DNA from: a virus
Taxonomy: Duplodnaviria; Caudoviricetes
IMG/VR virus record: IMGVR_UViG_3300017909_004705
Direction: 5' to 3' (one strand)
Length of the DNA stretch: 64,000 nucleotides
Shown here: in pieces, positions 1-8,645 of the stretch
Position numbering within the stretch: position 1 is the stretch's first letter
Layout of the letters: every line of letters begins with the position of its first letter
Made by a program: the position numbers and the translations under genes
Notes under the pieces: generated by a model
What the model saw: the letters and a program-made list of their open reading frames with translations, nothing else
Database searches by the model: none
Told to the model about the DNA's origin: nothing

Positions 1-162
1 CACCAAGGGTCTTCTATGGGAGAAAACCTTTCTTATACAGGCACCGAAAAGTCCCAATATCAGAGAAAACACAACATTAAACCGGGTACAGACGAGTGGT
101 TCCAGTTATGGTTCTCAAGACCAAAACTCACTGGTGAAAACCCAATGCCTAAAAACAAATAA
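1..162 (+). CDS. 3' end of conserved phage hypothetical protein (partial)
   Basis: Open frame 1 from the window edge, ...RKHNIKPGTDEWFQLWFSRPKLTGENPMPKNK*, ending at TAA 160-162. Confidence 0.6.
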   Translation, partial: HQGSSMGENLSYTGTEKSQYQRKHNIKPGTDEWFQLWFSRPKLTGENPMPKNK

Positions 163-165
163 ATA
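160..165 (+). promoter_or_regulatory. T4-like late promoter core TAAATA
   Basis: ATAAATAC lies 8 nt before ATG 174; the same box recurs before other genes of this cluster. Confidence 0.55.
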
Positions 166-173
166 CTCGCAAT

Positions 174-908
174 ATGCGAGCCATTGAATTCACAGAAACA
201 AAATGCCCTCGAACAAGAGCAAAAGAATGTTCTTGTAGCAAGGTAAAAAGCATCACAGAAGCGGAACAGACCACTGTGGCACAGTGTATGCTTGAGCATT
301 CAGACACTGTGAAAGGCACTATACTGCTCATACAGGCCCCAGGAACACCAACTCTCATAAAAGGAACCATAACAGGATTAGAACCTGGCCTACACGGCTT
401 CCACATACATGAGTTCGGTGACATGAGTGAAGGCTGTAAGTCAATGGGCGGACACTACAACCCAGATGGTGTTGACCATGGTGACATTGAAAAGGGACAT
501 GTGGGTGATCTAGGAAACGTTTTAGCAGACGAATCCGGCGTAGCGAAATTTAGTATCACAGCGAAACGTGTTGATCTACTTGGTGAACGTTCTGTGATAG
601 GAAGAGGTCTAGTAATACACGCTGACGAGGACGATCTTGGCAAAGGTGGAGATGCTGAAAGTCTTAAAACAGGCAACGCCGGTGATAGATTGGCCTGTGG
701 TGTCATTGTTGCTAGGTCTGAAGAGATAGCAGAGGCGCATGGCGGTAAGCACACAACCAGTGGAAGAAGCATGACCAAGGGTGAAATGAATAAAAGAGAG
801 AAGATTGTCAAAGGTATGAAAAAAGACAAGGCAGGTTTCAAAAAGAGATATGGCAAAGACGCAGAAGCGGTGATGTACGCCACAGCAACTAAACAGGCGA
901 TGAAATAA
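174..908 (+). CDS. sodC: Cu/Zn superoxide dismutase with N-terminal MRAIEFTE leader and C-terminal basic module
   Basis: HGFHIHE, GGHYNP, HG..HVGDLGN, HADEDDLG and GNAGDRLACG motifs are intact. C-terminal KREKIVKGMKK..RYGKDAEAVMYATATK module. Confidence 0.92.
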   Translation: MRAIEFTETKCPRTRAKECSCSKVKSITEAEQTTVAQCMLEHSDTVKGTILLIQAPGTPTLIKGTITGLEPGLHGFHIHEFGDMSEGCKSMGGHYNPDGVDHGDIEKGHVGDLGNVLADESGVAKFSITAKRVDLLGERSVIGRGLVIHADEDDLGKGGDAESLKTGNAGDRLACGVIVARSEEIAEAHGGKHTTSGRSMTKGEMNKREKIVKGMKKDKAGFKKRYGKDAEAVMYATATKQAMK

Positions 909-1816
909 TGAAATTTTTAATTTTCAATGGCAGTTTAAAACCGGACGCAGAATCAAACACATTCGCTGTTTGCAAGATGGCACAACTGGCATTTGAAAAA
1001 TTGGGACACAGTTGTGAGATAGTAACTATGCGTGAACTGGACTATGAAGGTTCAACTGATGACGTTAACGATGATCTAAAACCTTACATCATGAAAATGT
1101 TTGACATGGACGGAGTTCTGTTCGCAACTCCAATCTGGTGGGGGACACACAGTTGCCACATACAGGCAATGCTGGAAAGATTAGACTTTATTTACAGTTG
1201 GGCCAAAGACAACAAGTATCAACCTTTTTACAACAAGGTTTTTGGAACATTGGTGTCAGGCGGGGGAGATGGATTCCAACACATACACGGAGTATTGTAT
1301 TCCGCGGCAAGTAACTTTGGTTTCACGGTGCCACCACAGTGCAACATAGAATCAAAAGCACAGGGCATAGAAGAAATTAAAGACGATGAAGACACTTTGA
1401 ACCAAGTTAAGAATTGCACAATCAACATGGTGACATGGGCAAGTATACTCAAAGCGGCACAACCCAGTAAAAATGCTAGACATGGATCTGTTGATATCAA
1501 CGAAAGCCTAAACGAAGGAAAAAGGATACCACGTAAAAAAGGACAGAAGAGAAAAAGCAAAAAACATAGTGACCTATACACCGATGAAGATCCAAAGGGC
1601 ACGATACATGGATTGGGTTTCAAGGATGAAGCCACAGCAAGATCAAGCGTGGCGAAGATAAGGAAGTCAGGAAGATCACACGCACACAAGATACAGGCGG
1701 CGGTGGCAATGGAGCAGAGAGCGAGAGCGGCAGGAAAGTCAGGACCAGCGGCGATATACAGGAAATACATCAACTCCATGAAGAAAAAAACTAAAGCCAA
1801 GAACAAGAAAAAATGA
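908..1816 (+). CDS. Flavodoxin / NADPH-dependent FMN reductase fused to a basic C-terminal module
   Basis: FNGSLK, ATPIWWG and YNKVFG..VSGGGDG motifs. After INESLNE comes a Lys/Arg-rich HSDLYTDEDPKGTIHGLGFKD domain. Confidence 0.8.
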   Translation: MKFLIFNGSLKPDAESNTFAVCKMAQLAFEKLGHSCEIVTMRELDYEGSTDDVNDDLKPYIMKMFDMDGVLFATPIWWGTHSCHIQAMLERLDFIYSWAKDNKYQPFYNKVFGTLVSGGGDGFQHIHGVLYSAASNFGFTVPPQCNIESKAQGIEEIKDDEDTLNQVKNCTINMVTWASILKAAQPSKNARHGSVDINESLNEGKRIPRKKGQKRKSKKHSDLYTDEDPKGTIHGLGFKDEATARSSVAKIRKSGRSHAHKIQAAVAMEQRARAAGKSGPAAIYRKYINSMKKKTKAKNKKK

Positions 1817-2052
1817 AAATAAGAGAAATACTTGCCACAAAGTACGTACATCCTGATGTTGACAAAATACTTAAAAAATATGAAAAGAGAGCAAAGGGTA
1901 GAGCAAGAATGGGATATCATTCGATGATGGCATATCCTTACAGGGTAGAAGGTAAAAAATGGAGCAGGAAGTATAAAAAATCAATCAATTGTGCAAATCC
2001 AAAAGGCTTCTCACAAAAGGCCCACTGTGCAGGTAGGAAGAAAAAGAAATGA
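1813..2052 (+). CDS. Small basic putative internal head protein
   Basis: MKIREIL N-terminus; C-terminal WSRKYKKSINCANPKGFSQKAHCAGRKKKK; ATGA overlaps with neighbours. Confidence 0.7.
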   Translation: MKIREILATKYVHPDVDKILKKYEKRAKGRARMGYHSMMAYPYRVEGKKWSRKYKKSINCANPKGFSQKAHCAGRKKKK

Positions 2053-2744
2053 AGATAAAAGAATTTATCATAATGCCTCACACAGCTGACAAAATGGGTT
2101 TAATACACAAACCAGGTGTTGGTCCAAATAACAGATTTGGTTTCAAAAACGTTGGCAATAATAAAGCAAATGAATTAGAAGAAACCAAAGAGGCGCCACC
2201 CGGCACTTATTTTACAAAGACAGGAAACCTCGTTAAAGGCCGTCTTACCAAGGCCGCTAAGGAGAAAGGAGCCAGAGAAACTGATCCAAAGGATAAACAA
2301 AGGTCAAAGGTACCGCCAGTCACGCAGAGAAATGAAGCAAGAGGATCATGTTGGCATGGATACCAACAAAAAGGATACAAGAAAAAAGGCAACAGGATGG
2401 TTCCTAACTGTGTCAAAGAAGAAGCCGCGGGAGTTGGCATAGTTACCAAACAGAACGCTACCAAGGATGTACCAGTCGGTGGCGAATACATGAACGTCAA
2501 GAAGCTAGGTTTAGGAAAAGGCAAGCCAAAAACAATGCGAGAAGAATGGGAAGAGTTCAAGGAAAATTTCGCAGATAAGAAAGTAAAAGGAAAAAGTAGA
2601 CCAGGCCGTGTAAAACGTGCTGGTGCAAGTTGTAAAGGCTCAGTCACATCATTGAGAGCAAAGGCCAAGAAGTACGGTGGCGAGAAAGGCAAAATGTACC
2701 ACTGGTGTGCCAACATGAAGTCAGGACGCAAAAAGAAGAAATAA
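2049..2744 (+). CDS. Basic modular putative internal head protein
   Basis: MKIKEFI N-terminus; Glu-delimited modules including CWHGY..VPNCVKEE and NFADKK..GASC..HWCANMKSGRKK. Confidence 0.7.
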   Translation: MKIKEFIIMPHTADKMGLIHKPGVGPNNRFGFKNVGNNKANELEETKEAPPGTYFTKTGNLVKGRLTKAAKEKGARETDPKDKQRSKVPPVTQRNEARGSCWHGYQQKGYKKKGNRMVPNCVKEEAAGVGIVTKQNATKDVPVGGEYMNVKKLGLGKGKPKTMREEWEEFKENFADKKVKGKSRPGRVKRAGASCKGSVTSLRAKAKKYGGEKGKMYHWCANMKSGRKKKK

Positions 2745-2754
2745 TTACTTCTAT

Positions 2755-3621
2755 ATGAAGTACTTGTTAGGCATAGGATTTGCAGTCACACAGAAATATA
2801 AAAAAGATCCCATAGTAAGAGTAAGCATAGACAACAGGTTCGTAGACGAATTCACTGTCAGTGATTACCCTTATCATGATAAAGAGTGGATGCAGGATCT
2901 CGATCCATGGGTCTACAAGGCACCATTCACAGACTGGATGAATCATGCAAAACCATGGGAAAAAATATCTATAAAAATGTGGGGCACTTTTCCAAAAAAA
3001 TTTAACTTGTATGTCATCGATGAAGCACACTTAAAACATAAAAAACAACTTGTAATCGATATAGCGAATTCTGACAGCAATTACACCAACGGATTCATGA
3101 CAAAATCAACCCTTCTAGATTTCAGGGCGTTTTTGCTTCCTTTAAAATATCTTAAATTTTTTTACCATGATGGTTATAAAATAAGGAAAGATTTCAATGA
3201 AGATATTATTGATGATGCATTTGACAGTGAAAGATATTTTGATCCAGAGGGTATAGAGGATAACAATTTCAAGATAGCCAATGAAAAAAGATATTATATG
3301 GTACAAGGTGTTGTTAGCAACGGTGCCTTGGGTAAAAATATTTTAGTTAAGAAAATCGAAGGTTATCCATTTGCACATGATATTTTTTGGAACGGGAAAC
3401 CGCTTGACACTTGGGAGTTTGGTGGCAGTGGGAAGTTAACCATGAATTTGGTAACAAAAACATCAGGCACGGTGTTGTTTGATCCAAAAGATGCGGAAAT
3501 TTTAAAAATGCAGAATGAGAAAATAGTGGCACAAAGACCTGGTTTCTACATATCCCAGAAATTCTTTAGCATGGTTCACCAGAATATGTTCGATAAATAC
3601 CTTTACAATGAAAATCTTTGA
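2755..3621 (+). CDS. Hypothetical protein
   Basis: 288-aa ORF with TAATTA 7 nt upstream; no motif recognised. Confidence 0.6.
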   Translation: MKYLLGIGFAVTQKYKKDPIVRVSIDNRFVDEFTVSDYPYHDKEWMQDLDPWVYKAPFTDWMNHAKPWEKISIKMWGTFPKKFNLYVIDEAHLKHKKQLVIDIANSDSNYTNGFMTKSTLLDFRAFLLPLKYLKFFYHDGYKIRKDFNEDIIDDAFDSERYFDPEGIEDNNFKIANEKRYYMVQGVVSNGALGKNILVKKIEGYPFAHDIFWNGKPLDTWEFGGSGKLTMNLVTKTSGTVLFDPKDAEILKMQNEKIVAQRPGFYISQKFFSMVHQNMFDKYLYNENL

Positions 3622-3880
3622 GATCATATCACGCCAGATCAAAGAGCAGGCCACTGCTGGTGCCACAAGTGCAGGCAACATAGCCACAGTTACCTCGCCA
3701 CATATCGCGATAGGCAAAGATAGATTCTCCAAAGCCTACTCAGGTTCACCTGGGAAGTCAGGAACCAGGGCTCCGAGATTACCAAAAATAGTGCAACCAA
3801 AAAATCCAGATGGAACTGCCAAAGGTGCACACAACCTACCCGGCGTAAATCTCATGGGTGGTCCACTGGTCAAGAGATAA
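3608..3880 (+). CDS. Small putative internal head protein
   Basis: MKIFEIISRQIKE then ATAGATSAGNIA; TAAATA at 3594-3599. Confidence 0.65.
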   Translation: MKIFEIISRQIKEQATAGATSAGNIATVTSPHIAIGKDRFSKAYSGSPGKSGTRAPRLPKIVQPKNPDGTAKGAHNLPGVNLMGGPLVKR

Positions 3881-4041
3881 TGGATACACTAGTACTTAAA
3901 AAAGAATGGATAGTCAAATGCCTCAACTGTGGCAATGACGCACATGAAGGCATTTTATATAGGACAGAAAAGGATTTTGACGGCAGAGAGTACAAAATAG
4001 AGGTGTGCAGGCAGTCAAGGCACGAAGGCGAAACAGTATAA
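3880..4041 (+). CDS. Small putative metal-binding protein (53 aa, not in ORF track)
   Basis: MDTLVLKKEWIVKCLNCGNDAHEG...IEVCRQSRHEGETV*; coupled to the previous stop (TAATG). Confidence 0.55.
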   Translation: MDTLVLKKEWIVKCLNCGNDAHEGILYRTEKDFDGREYKIEVCRQSRHEGETV

Positions 4042-4044
4042 ATA
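4037..4044 (+). promoter_or_regulatory. T4 late promoter TATAAATA
   Basis: Exact T4 late consensus, 5 nt before ATG 4050. Confidence 0.7.
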
Positions 4045-4049
4045 TTGAT

Positions 4050-4472
4050 ATGAAGATACAGGAAATCACAGAAGGCGCTGAAATGATAGCGTACCACAAA
4101 CATCCAACACAGCAGAATCTATGGACCTTCCCAGACGCATACAAAGACGACGAGGAAGTTGAGAGCCCATACATGAGCAACGCAAGTATGAGACAGTTCC
4201 TTGACGCACTTGGATATGACAGTGATTTCGAAGACATGAGTCCAGTGCCAGCAAAAGAATTCATAGCGAGAACCACACAATGGTTGCAGAAGAACATTGG
4301 CAAACCATCGCCAGAAGAACCAGCAACAGTTGATAAATCAGGTGGTGGAGCGACAATGATAGGTGGTGGCAGACCCGAAGGTTACATGAACCAGATGGTT
4401 AAAGCACACAACGAGATAGCGAGAAAAGTTTTAGCAAAATATCCTGAAGTAACACACTTTGGATTCAATTAA
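4050..4472 (+). CDS. Putative internal head protein
   Basis: Start reassigned to MKIQEITEGAE, just after TATAAATA. Confidence 0.65.
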   Translation: MKIQEITEGAEMIAYHKHPTQQNLWTFPDAYKDDEEVESPYMSNASMRQFLDALGYDSDFEDMSPVPAKEFIARTTQWLQKNIGKPSPEEPATVDKSGGGATMIGGGRPEGYMNQMVKAHNEIARKVLAKYPEVTHFGFN

Positions 4473-4473
4473 T

Positions 4474-5937
4474 ATGAAGATAAAAGAATTTCAACACCAA
4501 CCAGTCAAGCCTGACACATACGAGGCTTCAATGGCCCTTAACCAGTTGATGAGGATTGGCAAACACGCTATCAAACTGCACAACATGATCGACGATGCCA
4601 CAGAGATGGAGTCATGGGTCGCCAAGAAGATCGACCTGGCAGGTGACTACGTGAAGAAAGTGTACAACTACACAGAAGGCGAGAAGGCCGGCCTATACGA
4701 TGACGGTGGCATGACGGAAATTAAAAAAATGCCAAAAGGCACAGGAACCATGTATGGGGAAGACGCAGGCGACATTGGAAATGAAATTGCGAAAATGTAT
4801 GACACCGCATACGAATACATCAACGACAGCAGTGACAACCCGAGCGACATCGAATCAGACTACAAGTTTGGTTACAACGACGATGACAGCATGGAGGCAG
4901 AAGACCTAGCGGCGGCATTCAGAAAAGATTTAAAAACTGGAATGGCCTTGCAAAAGCAATTACAAGCACAGAGAGAAAAAGAAGGACGTGAGGGCGACTG
5001 GGATCCATTCAATCCTGAGTCAATGTATCATAATGAATTGAAAGCATTGATGTCAAAGGCCAAAGGTGAATCAGTTTCAGAAGACGCAGGCGAGGGACAC
5101 ATGAGCAAAAGCACACTGTATCACACTGCCAAGTATGCGATTGCATTGATGGACATGATCAAACCAGGTGATGACCTAGAGGGTTGGGTGCAGAGCAAAC
5201 TGAACAAGGCCGCGGACTACCTACAGGGTGTGTACAACTACGAGGAGTACCAAAAGTTAAATCCATACAGAGAAGAACTTGATGCGTCTCTGATGCAGAA
5301 ACACGCACAGGTGGTGCAGAAAAACATAGACGAGATTCTAGCAAAGGAAACAAAACTAGACGACATCGACACCAAACCAGGCATGATGAGGATACTGGCC
5401 AAGAGAGTCAACGAAGTTGAAAAAGAGATTGCCAAGGAAACAAGGAAAAAGACAGACGAAAGCGGTATATTATATAGAGCAGGCGTAAAGAAATACGGCA
5501 AGGCGGGCATGAAGGCCATACAGAGTGCGGCAGGTAAAGGTGCCTCACACCAAGAGATCGGAAAAATAAAAGACAAGCATCTAAAAGATGCTGAGGATCT
5601 AGAAGAAGGATTAAAAGATTGGGCTAGGAATCTAGCGGCGGCTGGTGTGATTGTTGGGGCAGTTGCAGGCTTGGGCTCAATACAGAATGCCATTGACAAC
5701 ACTGTACCTGCTGTCAAAGCCATGAACACAGCCTACGAAATGGCCATAGATGCTGGCAATGATGAATTGGCCAAAAACATAAAAAATGACATATCCGCAG
5801 TCAAGGTAAGGTTAGATAGTGGTAAAGACTTAAATTTTGTCAAGGCGATGCAGGAAAAATATGCCAAATTTATACAGACCGAAGGATTGGCATACGAATC
5901 AAGACTTCAAGTGCAACTAAATCAACAACTTAAATAA
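4474..5937 (+). CDS. Modular putative head protein with a duplicated helical domain
   Basis: MKIKEF start. Two copies of E..M....L.....AI.L..MI.....E.WV..K...A.DY...VYNY. Basic module ESGILYRAGVKKYGKAGMKAIQSAAG. Confidence 0.65.
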   Translation: MKIKEFQHQPVKPDTYEASMALNQLMRIGKHAIKLHNMIDDATEMESWVAKKIDLAGDYVKKVYNYTEGEKAGLYDDGGMTEIKKMPKGTGTMYGEDAGDIGNEIAKMYDTAYEYINDSSDNPSDIESDYKFGYNDDDSMEAEDLAAAFRKDLKTGMALQKQLQAQREKEGREGDWDPFNPESMYHNELKALMSKAKGESVSEDAGEGHMSKSTLYHTAKYAIALMDMIKPGDDLEGWVQSKLNKAADYLQGVYNYEEYQKLNPYREELDASLMQKHAQVVQKNIDEILAKETKLDDIDTKPGMMRILAKRVNEVEKEIAKETRKKTDESGILYRAGVKKYGKAGMKAIQSAAGKGASHQEIGKIKDKHLKDAEDLEEGLKDWARNLAAAGVIVGAVAGLGSIQNAIDNTVPAVKAMNTAYEMAIDAGNDELAKNIKNDISAVKVRLDSGKDLNFVKAMQEKYAKFIQTEGLAYESRLQVQLNQQLK

Positions 5938-5949
5938 AACTAGAACAAA

Positions 5950-5957
5950 TATAAATA
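5950..5957 (+). promoter_or_regulatory. T4 late promoter TATAAATA
   Basis: Exact consensus, 5 nt before ATG 5963. Confidence 0.7.
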
Positions 5958-5962
5958 CTCAT

Positions 5963-6835
5963 ATGGCACAAAAAAAATCAGCAGATTCAAGTTTCAGAGA
6001 CCTAGTAGCTCGTTTGAATGCTATGAACAATGTTACTCCTGAAGAAGAAAGAGCACAACTTATGGAAGCGGCGGGCAAAGCACCAAAAGTGTTAGATGAC
6101 AAAGATATTTCATTGGCTGACATCGCAAAACTGGCAGGAATAAAAGAATACGTTGAGCCTGTAAAAGTATCGGCAAAAGCAGAAAAATTAGTTGAGTCGA
6201 TCACGGAAGAGCCAAAATCAGAATCAGTCATAACAAAAGCAATCAAAGAGTCCGACGCTGATGATTCGATTGCAACCACAATCAAAAAAGAAGTAAACGA
6301 AGAAGTAAACAGACTCGAAAAAATCGCTGAACTAGAAGCACAGTTGGCGGAACTTAAAACTGAGCAAAAAGAAGAACAGACTTATGACTCAAAATCATTC
6401 AGAGAAGTTATCACAAAAGATATCGCAGAGTATGTCAAAAACGCGGAAGATACTCAACTTGTGGAACTTTACAACACAATATCGGACAATGAAGCAGTTT
6501 ACAATGAAGAATCATCAAGCATTCTTATCAAGACTCCAGAAACTACTGAGATCATAGCAGACGCTGAAAAGGCCGAAGCACCAGCAGAAGAAGAACAAGT
6601 TGACGAAAAAGTAGTGGACGGTGTGCAAACTGATAGAAACACATCTGAGCCACACTCGAAAGAAAAAGAAGACGAAAAGGAAGCAGAGGACAAGTCCGAC
6701 GAGAAGGATGACGCCGGTGAAGTTCCAATGCTTGACAAAGAATTCGACGATGACGATGAGATGGGCGAAGATGTTGAATTGGAAGCGCCAGCCGAAGACA
6801 AGTTCACAAACGATTTAGATCCAACAGAAAAATAA
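5963..6835 (+). CDS. Highly acidic protein, possible prohead core/scaffold-like
   Basis: Glu/Asp-rich, with a coiled-coil stretch and IAKLAGIKE; late promoter upstream. Confidence 0.5.
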   Translation: MAQKKSADSSFRDLVARLNAMNNVTPEEERAQLMEAAGKAPKVLDDKDISLADIAKLAGIKEYVEPVKVSAKAEKLVESITEEPKSESVITKAIKESDADDSIATTIKKEVNEEVNRLEKIAELEAQLAELKTEQKEEQTYDSKSFREVITKDIAEYVKNAEDTQLVELYNTISDNEAVYNEESSSILIKTPETTEIIADAEKAEAPAEEEQVDEKVVDGVQTDRNTSEPHSKEKEDEKEAEDKSDEKDDAGEVPMLDKEFDDDDEMGEDVELEAPAEDKFTNDLDPTEK

Positions 6836-6859
6836 TACTAGCAGATAACTACAGTTACT

Positions 6860-6979
6860 ATGTTGACATGGTTCCTATTAGGTATTTTGATTGGTGTTTT
6901 TATAAGATGCTTATCTCAGCCTTACAAATCTGAAGAGGATAAATTCAAAGATCCTTGGAACTGGACAACTTTCGGGTAA
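6860..6979 (+). CDS. Small membrane peptide (39 aa)
   Basis: MLTWFLLGILIGVFIRCLSQPYKSEEDKFKDPWNWTTFG*; TAACTA 8 nt upstream. Confidence 0.45.
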   Translation: MLTWFLLGILIGVFIRCLSQPYKSEEDKFKDPWNWTTFG

Positions 6980-6993
6980 TAGTAAATAAGTGT

Positions 6994-7635
6994 ATGCAGT
7001 TGCACTTGACAGATAACAAATTTGACACAAATCCGCATTGGCATGAACGTATAAAAAGCATATTCGCATGTCCACCCAAAGAAGTGGTAGAGATGTTTGA
7101 CCAGAATGGATATGATCTAACAAAACTAGAACAACTGTACGCGGTGGCCAATGGTGCAACCGTCACCAAACACAGGAACTCCGAACACATCACACTGCGT
7201 CAGCCATGGTTCACTGATGACTCACCAGACTCAGGCCCACACATCAACCATGCCTACATGTTTGAGAGAAAAGGCTACACCGGTGACGCACTACAACAAC
7301 TGTCCACGTGGGCAGGCTACAGGCCACACTTCCAGAAACTGATAGCCATGCGACCAAAATGGGGACTGGATTTCTCAATAGACTACTGTGACAGGGACGG
7401 CAACGTGTTCGAACTGCTACACTGGGAATATGATGGATTCGAATATCAAGAGATAGCAGACAAAAAGGAGAAGATGGAAGGATTCTTGTTGAATCAAGAC
7501 TGGGACGAACGGGCAAAGACCATGCTGGAACGCAAGGATGAATGGCATAAACTGGGCTTTTTTGAACAGAGCGAATGGAAAACTAGGTTCTTTGGCATAG
7601 ATAAAGAACGTTTCAAGATGGTGTTGTGGAAATAA
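6994..7635 (+). CDS. Conserved phage hypothetical protein
   Basis: Start reassigned to MQLHLTD, 5 nt after TAAATA (6983-6988). Confidence 0.6.
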   Translation: MQLHLTDNKFDTNPHWHERIKSIFACPPKEVVEMFDQNGYDLTKLEQLYAVANGATVTKHRNSEHITLRQPWFTDDSPDSGPHINHAYMFERKGYTGDALQQLSTWAGYRPHFQKLIAMRPKWGLDFSIDYCDRDGNVFELLHWEYDGFEYQEIADKKEKMEGFLLNQDWDERAKTMLERKDEWHKLGFFEQSEWKTRFFGIDKERFKMVLWK

Positions 7636-7644
7636 ATACTGCAA

Positions 7645-8463
7645 ATGAGCTCGATACCCTACAACTACGGAAAATACATAGATGACAAAGTCAGCATGAC
7701 TGACCAAGGTCATGTTGACTCAGCCAAACAGATACAGTCGCCGGCAAGTGCAGGTAGCAGGGGACTAGCAAAGACAACACAATTCACAAACGACCGGACA
7801 CAGATGCAGATGGGCAATTCAACGATAGCAGAATCAATGGTAGAAATAAGAAACATACTAAACAGGATCGACGGTGTAAACGCACCGGTGCAGGAAAAAG
7901 AATTCAACCCCAACGATGAACGTGATGAAGCACCAAGAGAAGGTGATGTGGTCAATCACAAAGACCTAGGCAAAGTATCAGTGATGAAAGTCACAGGTTC
8001 AGATCAGATGGGACAGCCAGCAGAATACATAGTGCAGGCAAAATTATCATACGATGAACTAATGGGTGACGTTGAACTTGGAAAATTTGAATCCTATGAA
8101 CCATTCCCAGAAGCAGACGAATTCGACATAGAAGAAGATGAAGATTTTGAAGAAGTGTTGGGTCCATTAGGTTTCCCAGAAGACGAGACAGTATTATTTG
8201 ATGCAGAATACAGGGGCAGGAAAGTCCCACTTAACAAACCAATGCGTGGTGATGTAAAGAAATTTAAAGTTTATGTTAAAGATCCAAAAACTGGCAACGT
8301 TAAAAAAGTCAACTTTGGACACGGTGGTACAAGTGCAAAAAGAAAGACTATGAGAATTAGAAAATCTAATCCTAAGGCAAGAAAGAGTTTTAGAGCACGT
8401 CATAATTGTGCAAATCCAGGACCAAAGACAAAAGCAAGATATTGGAGTTGTAGGAAATGGTAA
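7645..8463 (+). CDS. Modular putative head protein with basic 2-Cys C-terminal domain
   Basis: Acidic middle, then AEYRGRKVPLNKP..KKVNFG..RARHNC..ARYWSCRKW; TAAATA at 7633-7638. Confidence 0.65.
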   Translation: MSSIPYNYGKYIDDKVSMTDQGHVDSAKQIQSPASAGSRGLAKTTQFTNDRTQMQMGNSTIAESMVEIRNILNRIDGVNAPVQEKEFNPNDERDEAPREGDVVNHKDLGKVSVMKVTGSDQMGQPAEYIVQAKLSYDELMGDVELGKFESYEPFPEADEFDIEEDEDFEEVLGPLGFPEDETVLFDAEYRGRKVPLNKPMRGDVKKFKVYVKDPKTGNVKKVNFGHGGTSAKRKTMRIRKSNPKARKSFRARHNCANPGPKTKARYWSCRKW

Positions 8464-8645
8464 AAATTAAAGAAGTAGAAGGCATCACTGAAGCAGAGTT
8501 TGAAATATTCGCAGAGAAGAAGGATGCCTGCTATCACAAAGTGAAAGCAAGATATAAAGTTTGGCCATCAGCCTATGCCTCTGGTGCTCTAGTGCAGTGT
8601 CGTAAAAAGGGTGCGGCCAACTGGGGTAACAAGAGCAAAAAATGA
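8457..8645 (+). CDS. Small basic 2-Cys peptide protein
   Basis: MVKIKEVEGITE..EKKDACYHKVKARYKVWPSAYASGALVQCRKKG. Confidence 0.65.
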   Translation: MVKIKEVEGITEAEFEIFAEKKDACYHKVKARYKVWPSAYASGALVQCRKKGAANWGNKSKK

